Of a stretch of 64,000 bases of DNA, positions 55,018-63,505 are shown in pieces. Origin of the DNA: a virus (lineage: Duplodnaviria > Caudoviricetes). The stretch lies in IMG/VR virus record IMGVR_UViG_2595698868_000001, positions 160,001 through 224,000 of that record; one strand, written 5' to 3'. The notes under the pieces were generated by a model that was not told the DNA's origin, searched no databases, and was given only the letters and a program-made list of their open reading frames with translations. The stretch's first letter is position 1. Each line of letters opens with the position of its first letter. Made by a program: the position numbers and the translations under genes.

Positions 55018-55713
55018 ATGGAAGTCACCATCAACACCCTGGCTCTGGCGACGGTTACGACCGGACACGGCTTGGTGAGCGACATCGAAGACATCTTCGT
55101 GGCGCTGGAGGCTCTGTGGGGCAGCCGCCCGTCCGTGCTGCACGTCACCATGGCTGCTCAGATCGCGGCCCGGCATGTGCAAGGCGCGCTGCCTGACTTC
55201 CCCAATGAAGACGACGCTGAAGCGTTCGGCACGTGGCCCGATTGTGTGGACGCCTACGCGTCGTATCTGATCGCCAAGTACGGCGACACCGTGACGCTCT
55301 CGCCGATTCATCAAGAACCCACCTACGAAGATCGGCCGCTCGAAGACCTATTCGAGGCCACTTACGTCGAGAACGACGTCGTGGTCCGCGCCGGCAACGA
55401 CCTGACGTTCTCGATCCGGCCTCTTCAGGCTGGCGTCATGGTCGACGGCGTCGCCCGCAACGCCGAATATCCGGACACCTTCCAAATCCCCTCGGAATAC
55501 GAGCGCGAGAACCTTAAGCTCGGCGCGGCTGTGAAGGTCTGCATTGAGGTGGACGCCGGCGGTGGTGAGCGTTTCTGGACGGATGTTGTCGCTCGCCTGG
55601 ACGACGGGGACTACCTCGTCAAGGTCGACAACTATCTGGTCAACTCGATCTATCACGGTGTGCGCGTGAACGACATTCTGCGCGTCGCGCCCAAGCACAT
55701 CCTGACCACCTGA
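55018..55713 (+). CDS. hypothetical two-domain protein
   Basis: strong RBS; C-terminal ERFW..V..VDN..HI. Confidence 0.8.
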   Translation: MEVTINTLALATVTTGHGLVSDIEDIFVALEALWGSRPSVLHVTMAAQIAARHVQGALPDFPNEDDAEAFGTWPDCVDAYASYLIAKYGDTVTLSPIHQEPTYEDRPLEDLFEATYVENDVVVRAGNDLTFSIRPLQAGVMVDGVARNAEYPDTFQIPSEYERENLKLGAAVKVCIEVDAGGGERFWTDVVARLDDGDYLVKVDNYLVNSIYHGVRVNDILRVAPKHILTT

Positions 55714-55737
55714 TCCGGCGCCGACGAAAGGACACCA

Positions 55738-55950
55738 ATGACGCTGCCGCCTACCTGCGAGGCCCTGGTTACCGGGCTCACCGATCGCTCCCAGGAGCGG
55801 GACATCACGGCCGCCATCCGCGCCGTCGTCAAGGACGTGCCGCCTGAGCAGCACGACAAGGCGTTCGACCGCGTGCGTCGTGCCTGCCACATGAACCGTG
55901 GCACGTTCAAGCGTCTGATGAAGCACGCCACCTCGCGGGTGGACGCCTGA
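55738..55950 (+). CDS. hypothetical protein
   Basis: AAGGA RBS. Confidence 0.65.
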   Translation: MTLPPTCEALVTGLTDRSQERDITAAIRAVVKDVPPEQHDKAFDRVRRACHMNRGTFKRLMKHATSRVDA

Positions 55951-56789
55951 TGGCGAGCAAGGACGACCTCGGCGATCGTATGAAGGAATACGAGTTCCAC
56001 GAAACGGGACGTCGTTTCCTTTCCATGCTGCCGGTCTACGCCCGCATCGACGGGCGTGGCTTCTCGAAGTTCACGCGCGGTATGGCCAAGCCGTTCGATC
56101 CGCGCATGTCGGCCGCAATGATCGAGACGACCAAGTACCTCGTTCAGCACACCGGCGCCCTGATCGGCTATACGCAATCCGATGAGATCAGCCTTGTCTG
56201 GAAGGCGCCGGACTACAAGTCGTCGATCTTCTTCAATGGCAAGATCACCAAGATGACCAGCGTCCTCGCCGGTCTCGCCACGGCCGCCTTCGGTAAGGAA
56301 ATTCGTGGCTGGACGCCTTACGAGGATCGCCTGCCGTGCTTCGATGCCCGCGTACTGCAACTGCCGCAGGACTACGAAGCCGCCAACATGCTGCTCTGGC
56401 GCACGCTGGACGCCGAGCGGAACGCAGTCAGCATGCTGGCCCAGGCCCACTTCTCGCACAAGGAACTGCAACACAAGACGCAGCGACAAATGCACGAGAT
56501 GCTCGACGCCAAGGGCATCAAGCTGACGGACTTCCCCGAAGGCGTTCAGCGCGGCACATTCGTGCGTCGCGTGACCTACGACCATCCGACCATGATGATC
56601 GACATCGAGACCATTCCCGGCCCGACGTTCGTGCCCAGCACGGTCAAGCGTTCCAAGGTCGACGTCATTCCGATGCCCTCGTTCCGTTACGTCCGGAACC
56701 GCACCGAGGTGGTGTTCGACGCCGCCGCGCCCGACCATCTGGAAACCCTGGAGCGCTGGGAACGCATGACAGGTGAAGCCGATGATTGA
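55950..56789 (+). CDS. Thg1-like tRNA(His) guanylyltransferase / 3'-5' polymerase
   Basis: LGDRMKEYE, RIDGRGFSKFT, YTQSDEISL, FDARV, WR.LDA.RN, HFSHKEL. Confidence 0.92.
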   Translation: MASKDDLGDRMKEYEFHETGRRFLSMLPVYARIDGRGFSKFTRGMAKPFDPRMSAAMIETTKYLVQHTGALIGYTQSDEISLVWKAPDYKSSIFFNGKITKMTSVLAGLATAAFGKEIRGWTPYEDRLPCFDARVLQLPQDYEAANMLLWRTLDAERNAVSMLAQAHFSHKELQHKTQRQMHEMLDAKGIKLTDFPEGVQRGTFVRRVTYDHPTMMIDIETIPGPTFVPSTVKRSKVDVIPMPSFRYVRNRTEVVFDAAAPDHLETLERWERMTGEADD

Positions 56790-57174
56790 ACTCACGCCCA
56801 CGAGCCGCAACTTCCTGCGCGGAGATTTCCTGGACGCGAACAACATTAGCTGCTCGATCCAAGAGTCTTCGGTCGCCACGGATAATCTGCTTTGGCTCGG
56901 TTGCGACGGGTCGCGCATGCACCTGACCCAGGGCATGGCCGCCGACCTGCTGCCGCATCTTCAGCGTTTCGTAGCGACGGGTGAACTCACCGACAGCCCT
57001 GTCCCCGCCGGCGAGGAACCGCCGCTGGACCTGCTGGAGGCGCGTGTCGCCGAGATGGTGCAGCGTATGTGTCCGCCCGGCTGCCTGCCAACGCGAGGCC
57101 AGGAGCGAGATGCTTCGACGCTGGCTGCTCTCATCCGCATGGCGCGTCGCGGCGCCTCAGCCCCAAACTTGTAG
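56782..57174 (+). CDS. hypothetical phage protein
   Basis: F.D...CSIQESS.A..LWLG..RMHL. Confidence 0.75.
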   Translation: MIELTPTSRNFLRGDFLDANNISCSIQESSVATDNLLWLGCDGSRMHLTQGMAADLLPHLQRFVATGELTDSPVPAGEEPPLDLLEARVAEMVQRMCPPGCLPTRGQERDASTLAALIRMARRGASAPNL

Positions 57175-57183
57175 GAGGTCCAG

Positions 57184-57537
57184 ATGAACCAGTCCGACCC
57201 GCAGACGACGATCCACGAGGCCTGCGCCCGCGCGATCGCCTGGATGGCCCGAGGGCATGTCGCTCATGAACACCTCTTCCTGGATTCGGTGGTCGAGCGC
57301 ATCCGGGCCGTTCCGCGCCAGGAGAAGGCGTACGAAGTCTACACGGCCGTGCTGACCGAACTGACCCGCATGAACGCCGTGCTGGAGGCCGAAGGCCCCA
57401 GCAGCGCGAACAAGGCGCGTCTGGTCGCCGTCTCGATGGAACGCATCATGGAAGAAGTCGGGCCGCGCCTGGATGACCCCATGATCATCTATTCGGACCA
57501 CCACAAGTGGTGGCCGATGGTCGAGGCCGCCGCATGA
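57184..57537 (+). CDS. hypothetical protein
   Basis: AGGAGG RBS. Confidence 0.75.
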   Translation: MNQSDPQTTIHEACARAIAWMARGHVAHEHLFLDSVVERIRAVPRQEKAYEVYTAVLTELTRMNAVLEAEGPSSANKARLVAVSMERIMEEVGPRLDDPMIIYSDHHKWWPMVEAAA

Positions 57538-58085
57538 GGTTCCACAACCTCCACCTAGGTATCGACTATGACGATGCCTACCGCGCCGTGACCGTCACGC
57601 TACGCGACGGCACCGAGGTGCGATTCGAATCGGGAGACCCGCCGGCTGACTTCGCCAAAGCGGTCGAGTATGCCCGAGGGGAATGCGTCCGCATCGGCTG
57701 CAACGTGATGACGTCCTCGTCGCTCGATAGTTTCGTGTTCGATGTTCCGGGGTGGAAGTACAACAACGAAGATATGCTGATCCGCGATCCGCGCGACCAC
57801 ATCGCCTCCGTCGCCGAAGTCATGTCGGGCTGTCCCATGGAGTGGGAGGGCTTGCTTGAAGACGGCACTCACTTCTATGCCCGATATCGCGATGGTCGGT
57901 TCCGGGTGGGCTTTGGTGAAACGAACATCCAGGCCGTGGATCATGCGGTCAGCAACGACAAGGGCTACACCGCACAGATCGGTGAGCATCTGGAAGGTCA
58001 CCTGACCTGGGCCGAGGCCCTGCCACACTTCAACCAAGCCCTCCTGAAGCGTGCGGGCTATGCCGTGGATCAAGACGACGAATGA
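57534..58085 (+). CDS. hypothetical protein
   Basis: ATGA overlap; CPMEWEG..FYARYR. Confidence 0.72.
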   Translation: MRFHNLHLGIDYDDAYRAVTVTLRDGTEVRFESGDPPADFAKAVEYARGECVRIGCNVMTSSSLDSFVFDVPGWKYNNEDMLIRDPRDHIASVAEVMSGCPMEWEGLLEDGTHFYARYRDGRFRVGFGETNIQAVDHAVSNDKGYTAQIGEHLEGHLTWAEALPHFNQALLKRAGYAVDQDDE

Positions 58086-58492
58086 CCCCGATCCCTACCG
58101 ACCTGACCTGCTTCCAACTGGTCCGTATCGACCTCGCCAGCCTGAACCCCGGCAAGGGCATGGCGCAGACCAACCACGTCGGCTCCAAGCTGGTCTACGA
58201 CTCTCGCAAGTGGGACCCAATGCAGACCGCCTGGGTCGAGATGTGGCTGGAGGAGGCCGACGGGTTCGGTACCGTCTTCACGTACGGCGCTACCCTGGAG
58301 CAAATGCGTGCGGCGGTGATGCTGGGTAAGGCTGTCGGCACTCCGGCCGCGATCATCAACGACCCTACCTATCCGTTGCGCGACGGAGCTACCCTGCATT
58401 CGCTATCGCTGGAGACCGCTGCCTACGTGTTTGGTTCGCGTGCGGTCATCATGCCTCTCATGAAGCTGCTGGGCCTGGAGTGGCATCCGTAG
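58082..58492 (+). CDS. PTH2-like peptidyl-tRNA hydrolase
   Basis: LVRIDLASLNPGKGMAQTNHV resembles PTH2 VRxDLxMxxGKxAAQxxH; IIND. Confidence 0.65.
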   Translation: MTPIPTDLTCFQLVRIDLASLNPGKGMAQTNHVGSKLVYDSRKWDPMQTAWVEMWLEEADGFGTVFTYGATLEQMRAAVMLGKAVGTPAAIINDPTYPLRDGATLHSLSLETAAYVFGSRAVIMPLMKLLGLEWHP

Positions 58493-58791
58493 TGATCCGC
58501 TTCAAACACGCTGATTTCACTGACTGCGAACTCGTCTCGTTCGGCGAGGGGCGCGGTCGGCTGCAAGGTTTGGCAGGCTTTGCGAACTGCCGTACGACGG
58601 CCGGCGTCGAATTTCAGGCGATGATCCGAGCGCCGGAGAAGCTTCGCAAGCGTCTATTAGGCCCCGATGGCGCCCTCGTGAAACGTGTTCAGGTCCAACA
58701 CATGGGCCTGAATATCTGGGGGAAACCTCGTCTGGGCATGGTGATCAAGTTCATGGACGCCGACGGCGTCGATCTAGAGTTCGAGAGTTGA
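58492..58791 (+). CDS. hypothetical protein (resembles DNA ligase OB domain fragment)
   Basis: RFK..D..EGRGRLQG..GF; KPR; ends ...FES* in promoter. Confidence 0.55.
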   Translation: MIRFKHADFTDCELVSFGEGRGRLQGLAGFANCRTTAGVEFQAMIRAPEKLRKRLLGPDGALVKRVQVQHMGLNIWGKPRLGMVIKFMDADGVDLEFES

Positions 58792-58817
58792 CAGACGGCG
58801 CAAGGCTAGGATACCTG
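58788..58817 (+). promoter_or_regulatory. class A promoter
   Basis: GAGAG-TTGACAGACGG, GACGAC, AAGGAGG; -35 contains upstream TGA. Confidence 0.75.
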
Positions 58818-58844
58818 TGTCGCTACTGACGACAAGGAGGCCCC

Positions 58845-59033
58845 ATGAAACTGTCCAAAGCTCAGGAAGCGTTCCTGCGTGAACTCCCTACGACCGCCGC
58901 CGAAGGCTATCAGCCGGCGAGCAAGCTAGTCGAACTCGGTCTGGCGACCAAGGAAGCGCAGAAGTACGGCTCCGACCGCTATACGCGCACGCCCGCCGGC
59001 GACGCCTGGATCGCCAAGAAGGACGCCGCCTGA
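58845..59033 (+). CDS. small winged-helix-like protein
   Basis: KLSKAQ..L..LVELGLA..RTPAG. Confidence 0.72.
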   Translation: MKLSKAQEAFLRELPTTAAEGYQPASKLVELGLATKEAQKYGSDRYTRTPAGDAWIAKKDAA

Positions 59034-60010
59034 TGGGCCGCGAACTCCGCCGTGTGCCGCTCGACTTCGACTGGCCGATCAACGAGACCTGGGAAGGGTT
59101 CCTGAATCCGCACTACACGGCGACGCCGTGTCCCATCTGCGTCGACAATTCGGGACATTCAACGGGCTACTCGCCCTACGCCCAGAAGGTGATGGATCAG
59201 TGGTACGGTCATCGCGGCGGCATCAAGGAAGTGCCTGCCTACAGCCAGCCGCACCTGCCCACGGACGATCACGTCGTCGCGTACGCCCAGCGCCAACTCA
59301 ACCATAGCCCCGGCTACTACGGCCGAGGTCCGGAAGCCCTAGCGCGCGAAGCGCTGCGCCTGAGCAACCTCTGGAACGGTTCGCTGTGCCACCACATCGA
59401 CCAGGATGACGTGCAGGCCCTGATCAACGCCGGGCGCCTGAACGACTTCACCCATGTCTGGCGCGATGGCCCGGAGGGGCGTCGCTGGTATCCCAAGGAA
59501 CCAGCGGTGGTTCCGACGGCGCGCGAAGTCAACATCTGGTCCTGTAGCAGCATGGGTCACGACAGCATCAATATGTCGATCGTGATCCGCAGTCGCTGCG
59601 AACGCGCTGGGCAGCCGACGACCTGCACGCACTGCGGAGGGCACGGAGATATCTGGGCCTCCAAGGAGGACGAGGCGCGCTACAACGCCTGGAAGCCGAC
59701 ACCTCCGCCCGAAGGTGAAGGCTGGCAAATCTGGGAGACCGTCTCCGAGGGCTCGCCGATCACGCCCGTCTTCCGTACGCCGGAAGAACTGGCCCGCTAC
59801 AAGGCCCGCCATCCCTACGGCACGGACAAGGCCAGCTACGAATCGTGGATGAAGTTCCTCCTCGGCGACGGCTGGGCGCCTTCAGCTATCGGTTTCGCCG
59901 GCGGCGGCATCATGAACGGCGTCGAAGGGCTCGCGCGGCTTAAGGCCCAAACGTCCGACGACTACGATCCGGATGAGTACGCCGACATCGGCGTGGAGGA
60001 ACGCTTTTAA
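59033..60010 (+). CDS. hypothetical phage protein with CxxC motifs
   Basis: MGRELRRVP, CPIC, CTHCGGHG, PPEGEGWQIWETVSEGSPITPVF. Confidence 0.85.
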   Translation: MGRELRRVPLDFDWPINETWEGFLNPHYTATPCPICVDNSGHSTGYSPYAQKVMDQWYGHRGGIKEVPAYSQPHLPTDDHVVAYAQRQLNHSPGYYGRGPEALAREALRLSNLWNGSLCHHIDQDDVQALINAGRLNDFTHVWRDGPEGRRWYPKEPAVVPTAREVNIWSCSSMGHDSINMSIVIRSRCERAGQPTTCTHCGGHGDIWASKEDEARYNAWKPTPPPEGEGWQIWETVSEGSPITPVFRTPEELARYKARHPYGTDKASYESWMKFLLGDGWAPSAIGFAGGGIMNGVEGLARLKAQTSDDYDPDEYADIGVEERF

Positions 60011-60726
60011 TGTCGGTCTTCGACGAGGGCCTCAACCAACTCGCGTTGGACCCCGGCGACACGCCGCCGGGAGTCTTCTCGATCATCGCCGACCGCCTAG
60101 AAGAAGCGATCTGCGGCGACGAGCAAGAACTGCGTTTGCTCGCCGAGAAGCTGGATACGATCTTGCGGGCGGGGCTTCGGAACAATGGCGCGATCGCTCC
60201 GGCGATCTTGGGCCAGGAGCCAGACTCGAAGATCGAGACTGCGTACGCCCTCGGTCGCCTGTCCTTCGCTCTGGAACTCGCGCAGCGTACTCTGAGCCGT
60301 CGACCGCCCGAAGGCTTCTACACGATGCTCGACGACTACGGCTGGAGCGGCTTCTACAAGGCGCTGCTCAAGCAAGGTCGGGTCTCGCTGTCGTCGCGCC
60401 TTGGCGAGAAGGCGACGAAAAAGCGACGCAAGGAGGAACTCGAACGCTTCCAGGTGCTCGTGAATTCGGGCGTCGTCGACTTCGTCGAGGAGAACGGCGA
60501 CACCCTGTTCATGCTGACGCCGGCGGCTCGTTCCTATCTGGAGAACAAGCCGCCTCTGACCCTGGGCCTGCCCGAAGAACTGCTGGCCGGATGGGGCGAC
60601 CTCGACAGCGCGATCAACCGCGTCATCACCTCGCTGCCGGCGCAGATTTCGGCCAACATGGAAGACCTGGAGGGCCGCAAGCGGACTTTCCGTGAACTGA
60701 TCCACAAGCTGGCGATGGGGCGCTGA
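60010..60726 (+). CDS. hypothetical protein
   Basis: TAATG coupling. Confidence 0.75.
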   Translation: MSVFDEGLNQLALDPGDTPPGVFSIIADRLEEAICGDEQELRLLAEKLDTILRAGLRNNGAIAPAILGQEPDSKIETAYALGRLSFALELAQRTLSRRPPEGFYTMLDDYGWSGFYKALLKQGRVSLSSRLGEKATKKRRKEELERFQVLVNSGVVDFVEENGDTLFMLTPAARSYLENKPPLTLGLPEELLAGWGDLDSAINRVITSLPAQISANMEDLEGRKRTFRELIHKLAMGR

Positions 60727-61097
60727 TGACCGACCTCGAAGAGCGTCTCGATCCACAGACGCTCGCCGACCTCATCTACCGTCACTTCTACAACGGGCCG
60801 GTCGGCGGCGCCCGTCATCGACTCGCGCGTATCATCCGCAACCACGTGATGGGCCTGCCGATCATGTACTTCCAGGAAGTTCTGGACGAGTACCTGACGT
60901 CGGCCCTGGCGCTGAACGACAGCACGGACCCAGCAATCCGCGCCGAGAACCAGAAGGCCCTCGCGGAAGCGCGCGCCTTGTTCTGGAAGGGGCTGAACGG
61001 CGTGGCCGATCCGGTCCACGTCGACGGATTGATCGCCTATGCCGCCGCCAAGGAACTGACGCCCTGCATCGCCGATACGATCGCACGGAGACGCTGA
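60726..61097 (+). CDS. hypothetical protein
   Basis: TGATG coupling. Confidence 0.72.
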   Translation: MTDLEERLDPQTLADLIYRHFYNGPVGGARHRLARIIRNHVMGLPIMYFQEVLDEYLTSALALNDSTDPAIRAENQKALAEARALFWKGLNGVADPVHVDGLIAYAAAKELTPCIADTIARRR

Positions 61098-61555
61098 TGT
61101 ATCCCATTTCGGTGCCGCATCTCCAGCAAATCGCCGACCCTTTCGAGAACGTGGTCTGGCACCTCGATATCGACTCCCCGATCACTCGGCAGGAGGTCCA
61201 TGATGCGATCGCTCAAGGACGCTACAGCGGCCACATCTCCACTGCGCTTTATTCGCGCAATTGGAACGATCCGACGGAACGCCGTCGGACCCATGCCGAA
61301 CGCATCGCCCATCTCGTAACTTTCGGATGGCATGACGCCATCATGATCGACGTCGGTATCCCGAGCTACTTCTTCGGCGCCCGCCCGCCATATTGGCCCG
61401 TCACGGACGGCAACCATCGGCTGGCGGCGGCGATCTACCGCTGTGATCCCTATATCGCGGGCGACGTCGTCGGCTGCGTCGAAGAAGCCTGCCGCCTGGG
61501 CCTGGGTCCGCCCGGTCAAGTGCGTCCTCCGCTCCCCATGGTGATCAATGGCTAA
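61097..61555 (+). CDS. ParB/Srx-like N-terminal domain protein
   Basis: HAERIAHL..I.IDVG..VTDGNHRLAAAIYR. Confidence 0.72.
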   Translation: MYPISVPHLQQIADPFENVVWHLDIDSPITRQEVHDAIAQGRYSGHISTALYSRNWNDPTERRRTHAERIAHLVTFGWHDAIMIDVGIPSYFFGARPPYWPVTDGNHRLAAAIYRCDPYIAGDVVGCVEEACRLGLGPPGQVRPPLPMVING

Positions 61556-61781
61556 GCACCCTCCCATCCCGCAGGACTGCCGCACCTGTCCGTCACTTTG
61601 GACCCAAGGTCGCAAGGATGGGCAGCACGACCGCTGGTGCTGCCACTTCGGAGCGCCGGCGCCCCGAATGATCGGTCACTGTAAGACGACCGGCTACTTC
61701 GGCAGCGCTGCCCACGAGAAACATAAGGGCGACTTCCCCCGACCTGCCCACGTCAAACCGAAGGACCGCGTCAGCCTGTGA
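61548..61781 (+). CDS. small Cys-containing protein
   Basis: CRTC..WCC..GHC. Confidence 0.62.
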   Translation: MAKHPPIPQDCRTCPSLWTQGRKDGQHDRWCCHFGAPAPRMIGHCKTTGYFGSAAHEKHKGDFPRPAHVKPKDRVSL

Positions 61782-62281
61782 ACCGTCCGATCCTGTTCCT
61801 GGACTGCGACGGCGTCGTCAATACGACGTCGACCGAGCCGCTGCCTTACGACAAGCGACGGCCGGCGTGGCGCAAATATGCCCACCTCTCCGAGCCGGCG
61901 ATCGTCGCGCGGCTCAAGACCTTCGTGCAGGCCCACAACATGATTGTGGTGGTGTCGAGCACGTGGCGTAAGCTGAACACGCGCGCGTAGTTCATCTCCT
62001 ACCTCGGCGATTGGCTCCAGAATCACATACCGCGCTCGAAGCATTGGCGGACGGTCTCGACCAACAAGGGCTTTCGAGGCGAAGAAGTGCGTATCTGGTT
62101 CCGCGCTAACCCTCGCCACGGCGCCGCACCCTACGTGATCTTCGATGACGATAGCGACTTCTATCCTGACCAACCCCACGTCAAGACGCACTATGATCAC
62201 GGCCTGACCGACGCCGATATCGAGCGCGCTTCGCAATTACTGGCAGACCAGCAGTGTTCGACTCTTTCGTCTACCACCTGA
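61778..62281 (+). pseudogene. HAD domain of the Swiss-army-knife RNA-repair type interrupted by in-frame TAG at 61988-61990
   Basis: LFLDCDGVVN, VVSSTWR | RGEEV, YVIFDD, GLT all in one frame across a single amber codon. Confidence 0.75.
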
Positions 62282-62712
62282 ACGCTTATCGTCAGCGCAA
62301 GGGCAAGTACCGGGTCTTCCGCTACATGGGACGCGAGGACGGTAACCCGCTGCGTATCGTCTACACTCGCAACTTCGGCCCGTCGCTCAACGGAGAGACA
62401 CGGTTCACGCTGGTGCTGGGCATCGATACCAAGCTGTTCAGCTACTCGCTGATGATCAACCGCTACAGCGAGCGTTATGTCCTCAATCCCCACACTGACG
62501 GCATCGACCACAACGAAATCCTGCTCCTGGAACTGATCCGGGCCAGGGCCGGCGGCGTCTTCTCGGCCGGCGCGGGAGCCCGCTCCTGGCTGAACGGTCG
62601 CATCTGGCGGCTCGACGGCGGTCAGGTTGAGCATGGCTTCACGAAGATCGAGAAGGGATCGCGCCTGACCTTGATCTTCCAACGTGGACAGCATGGCGGC
62701 CGATGTCCATGA
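62254..62712 (+). CDS. hypothetical protein, possible 2OG-Fe(II) oxygenase-like fold
   Basis: NPHTD (HxD), GG.F, VEHG..I.KGSR. Confidence 0.55.
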   Translation: MFDSFVYHLNAYRQRKGKYRVFRYMGREDGNPLRIVYTRNFGPSLNGETRFTLVLGIDTKLFSYSLMINRYSERYVLNPHTDGIDHNEILLLELIRARAGGVFSAGAGARSWLNGRIWRLDGGQVEHGFTKIEKGSRLTLIFQRGQHGGRCP

Positions 62713-62957
62713 TCTTGCTTCGGCCGCCAGTATGCTTTGCCAAGGACGTGCATATCTCACTTCGCGCGTCTGCTCCTCTGCATCCTGCCGCCGCTGAATG
62801 GATCGCCGGAGTAAGCTGTCCGCCTCATGTCGTGCCCAGGGTGATCGCTTGCCTGGAAAACAGTGGACGTTACGACTGCTGCGTGTCGGAGGCCGCTTAT
62901 GCGGCTTCTTGCGTCGACTTGCCCGAGGTGGGTATCGAAGTGCTAGTGCTCACTTGA
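62703..62957 (+). CDS. hypothetical protein
   Basis: tiled ORF ending in next promoter. Confidence 0.5.
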   Translation: MSMILLRPPVCFAKDVHISLRASAPLHPAAAEWIAGVSCPPHVVPRVIACLENSGRYDCCVSEAAYAASCVDLPEVGIEVLVLT

Positions 62958-62986
62958 CCATGGGTATATCGTTCTTGTAAAGAAAC
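62954..62986 (+). promoter_or_regulatory. promoter with inverted class B box
   Basis: TTGACC; TGTAAAGAAAC (62976-62986) is the reverse complement of GTTTCTTTACA. Confidence 0.55.
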
Positions 62987-63007
62987 ATAAACATGAAGGG
63001 AGCCCAC

Positions 63008-63148
63008 ATGATCGAGATGCTAAAGGAGCTTCAGCGCCGGTTCGAGCACGAGATCAAAACGAACAATGCGTTCTTCTGGTACATCGTGGCGACGGGCGCC
63101 GTGAACGTCGTGATCTTCGTCTGGCTGATGGGCGTGATCTTTGGCTAA
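63008..63148 (+). CDS. small single-TM protein (46 aa)
   Basis: GGGAG RBS; MIEMLKELQRRFEHEIKTNNAFFWYIVATGAVNVVIFVWLMGVIFG. Confidence 0.7.
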   Translation: MIEMLKELQRRFEHEIKTNNAFFWYIVATGAVNVVIFVWLMGVIFG

Positions 63149-63279
63149 CTGTCCAGATATGGCCGACAACCGCCGTTTATCGGTCGGATTTGGCCACCCG
63201 TGGACAATTGCGTAACCGCCCGTATGTGAGCCATTAAGGGCCTATTTCTCGGCTAACAGCCCACACATGACACTTTATC

Positions 63280-63333
63280 GACCGGAGGTCCCGCCGGCGG
63301 CAGCCGGTCACGAGGGCCGAAGGCGCGAGTGAT
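63280..63333 (+). repeat. structured dispersed repeat, copy 3 of 3
   Basis: same core as 3477 and 50796. Confidence 0.85.
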
Positions 63334-63365
63334 TCCTTGACGCAGGGATCGAGATCAGCGAGAGT

Positions 63366-63459
63366 GAGATTCTTAGTAGGGGTGGTAGCCTGCTGGGTCT
63401 CCTTAGGGATGATGTTTGATGGAAACGGGAGGGCGGTCTTCGGGCCGCCCTCTTCGTTT
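63366..63459 (+). ncRNA. candidate small RNA
   Basis: TTGACG at 63337, G-U-containing hairpin 63366-63401, no ORF, ends in terminator. Confidence 0.4.
63429..63459 (+). terminator. intrinsic terminator
   Basis: GAGGGCGGTC-TTCG-GGCCGCCCTC then TTCGTTT. Confidence 0.8.
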
Positions 63460-63469
63460 GAGCCAAGAG

Positions 63470-63499
63470 TTGACAGCCGGCGCCGGTCTCGCTTATCCA
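63470..63499 (+). promoter_or_regulatory. class A promoter (probably leaderless mRNA)
   Basis: AAGAG-TTGACAGCCGGCGC..TTATCC; ATG a few nt downstream, no SD. Confidence 0.75.
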
Positions 63500-63505
63500 A
63501 GAGCC

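Noticed and set aside
61988-61990. Genome-wide TAG recoding
   Set aside because: Many genes end cleanly in TAG followed by an RBS or promoter (e.g. 25393, 40643, 54955); only one internal amber was found.
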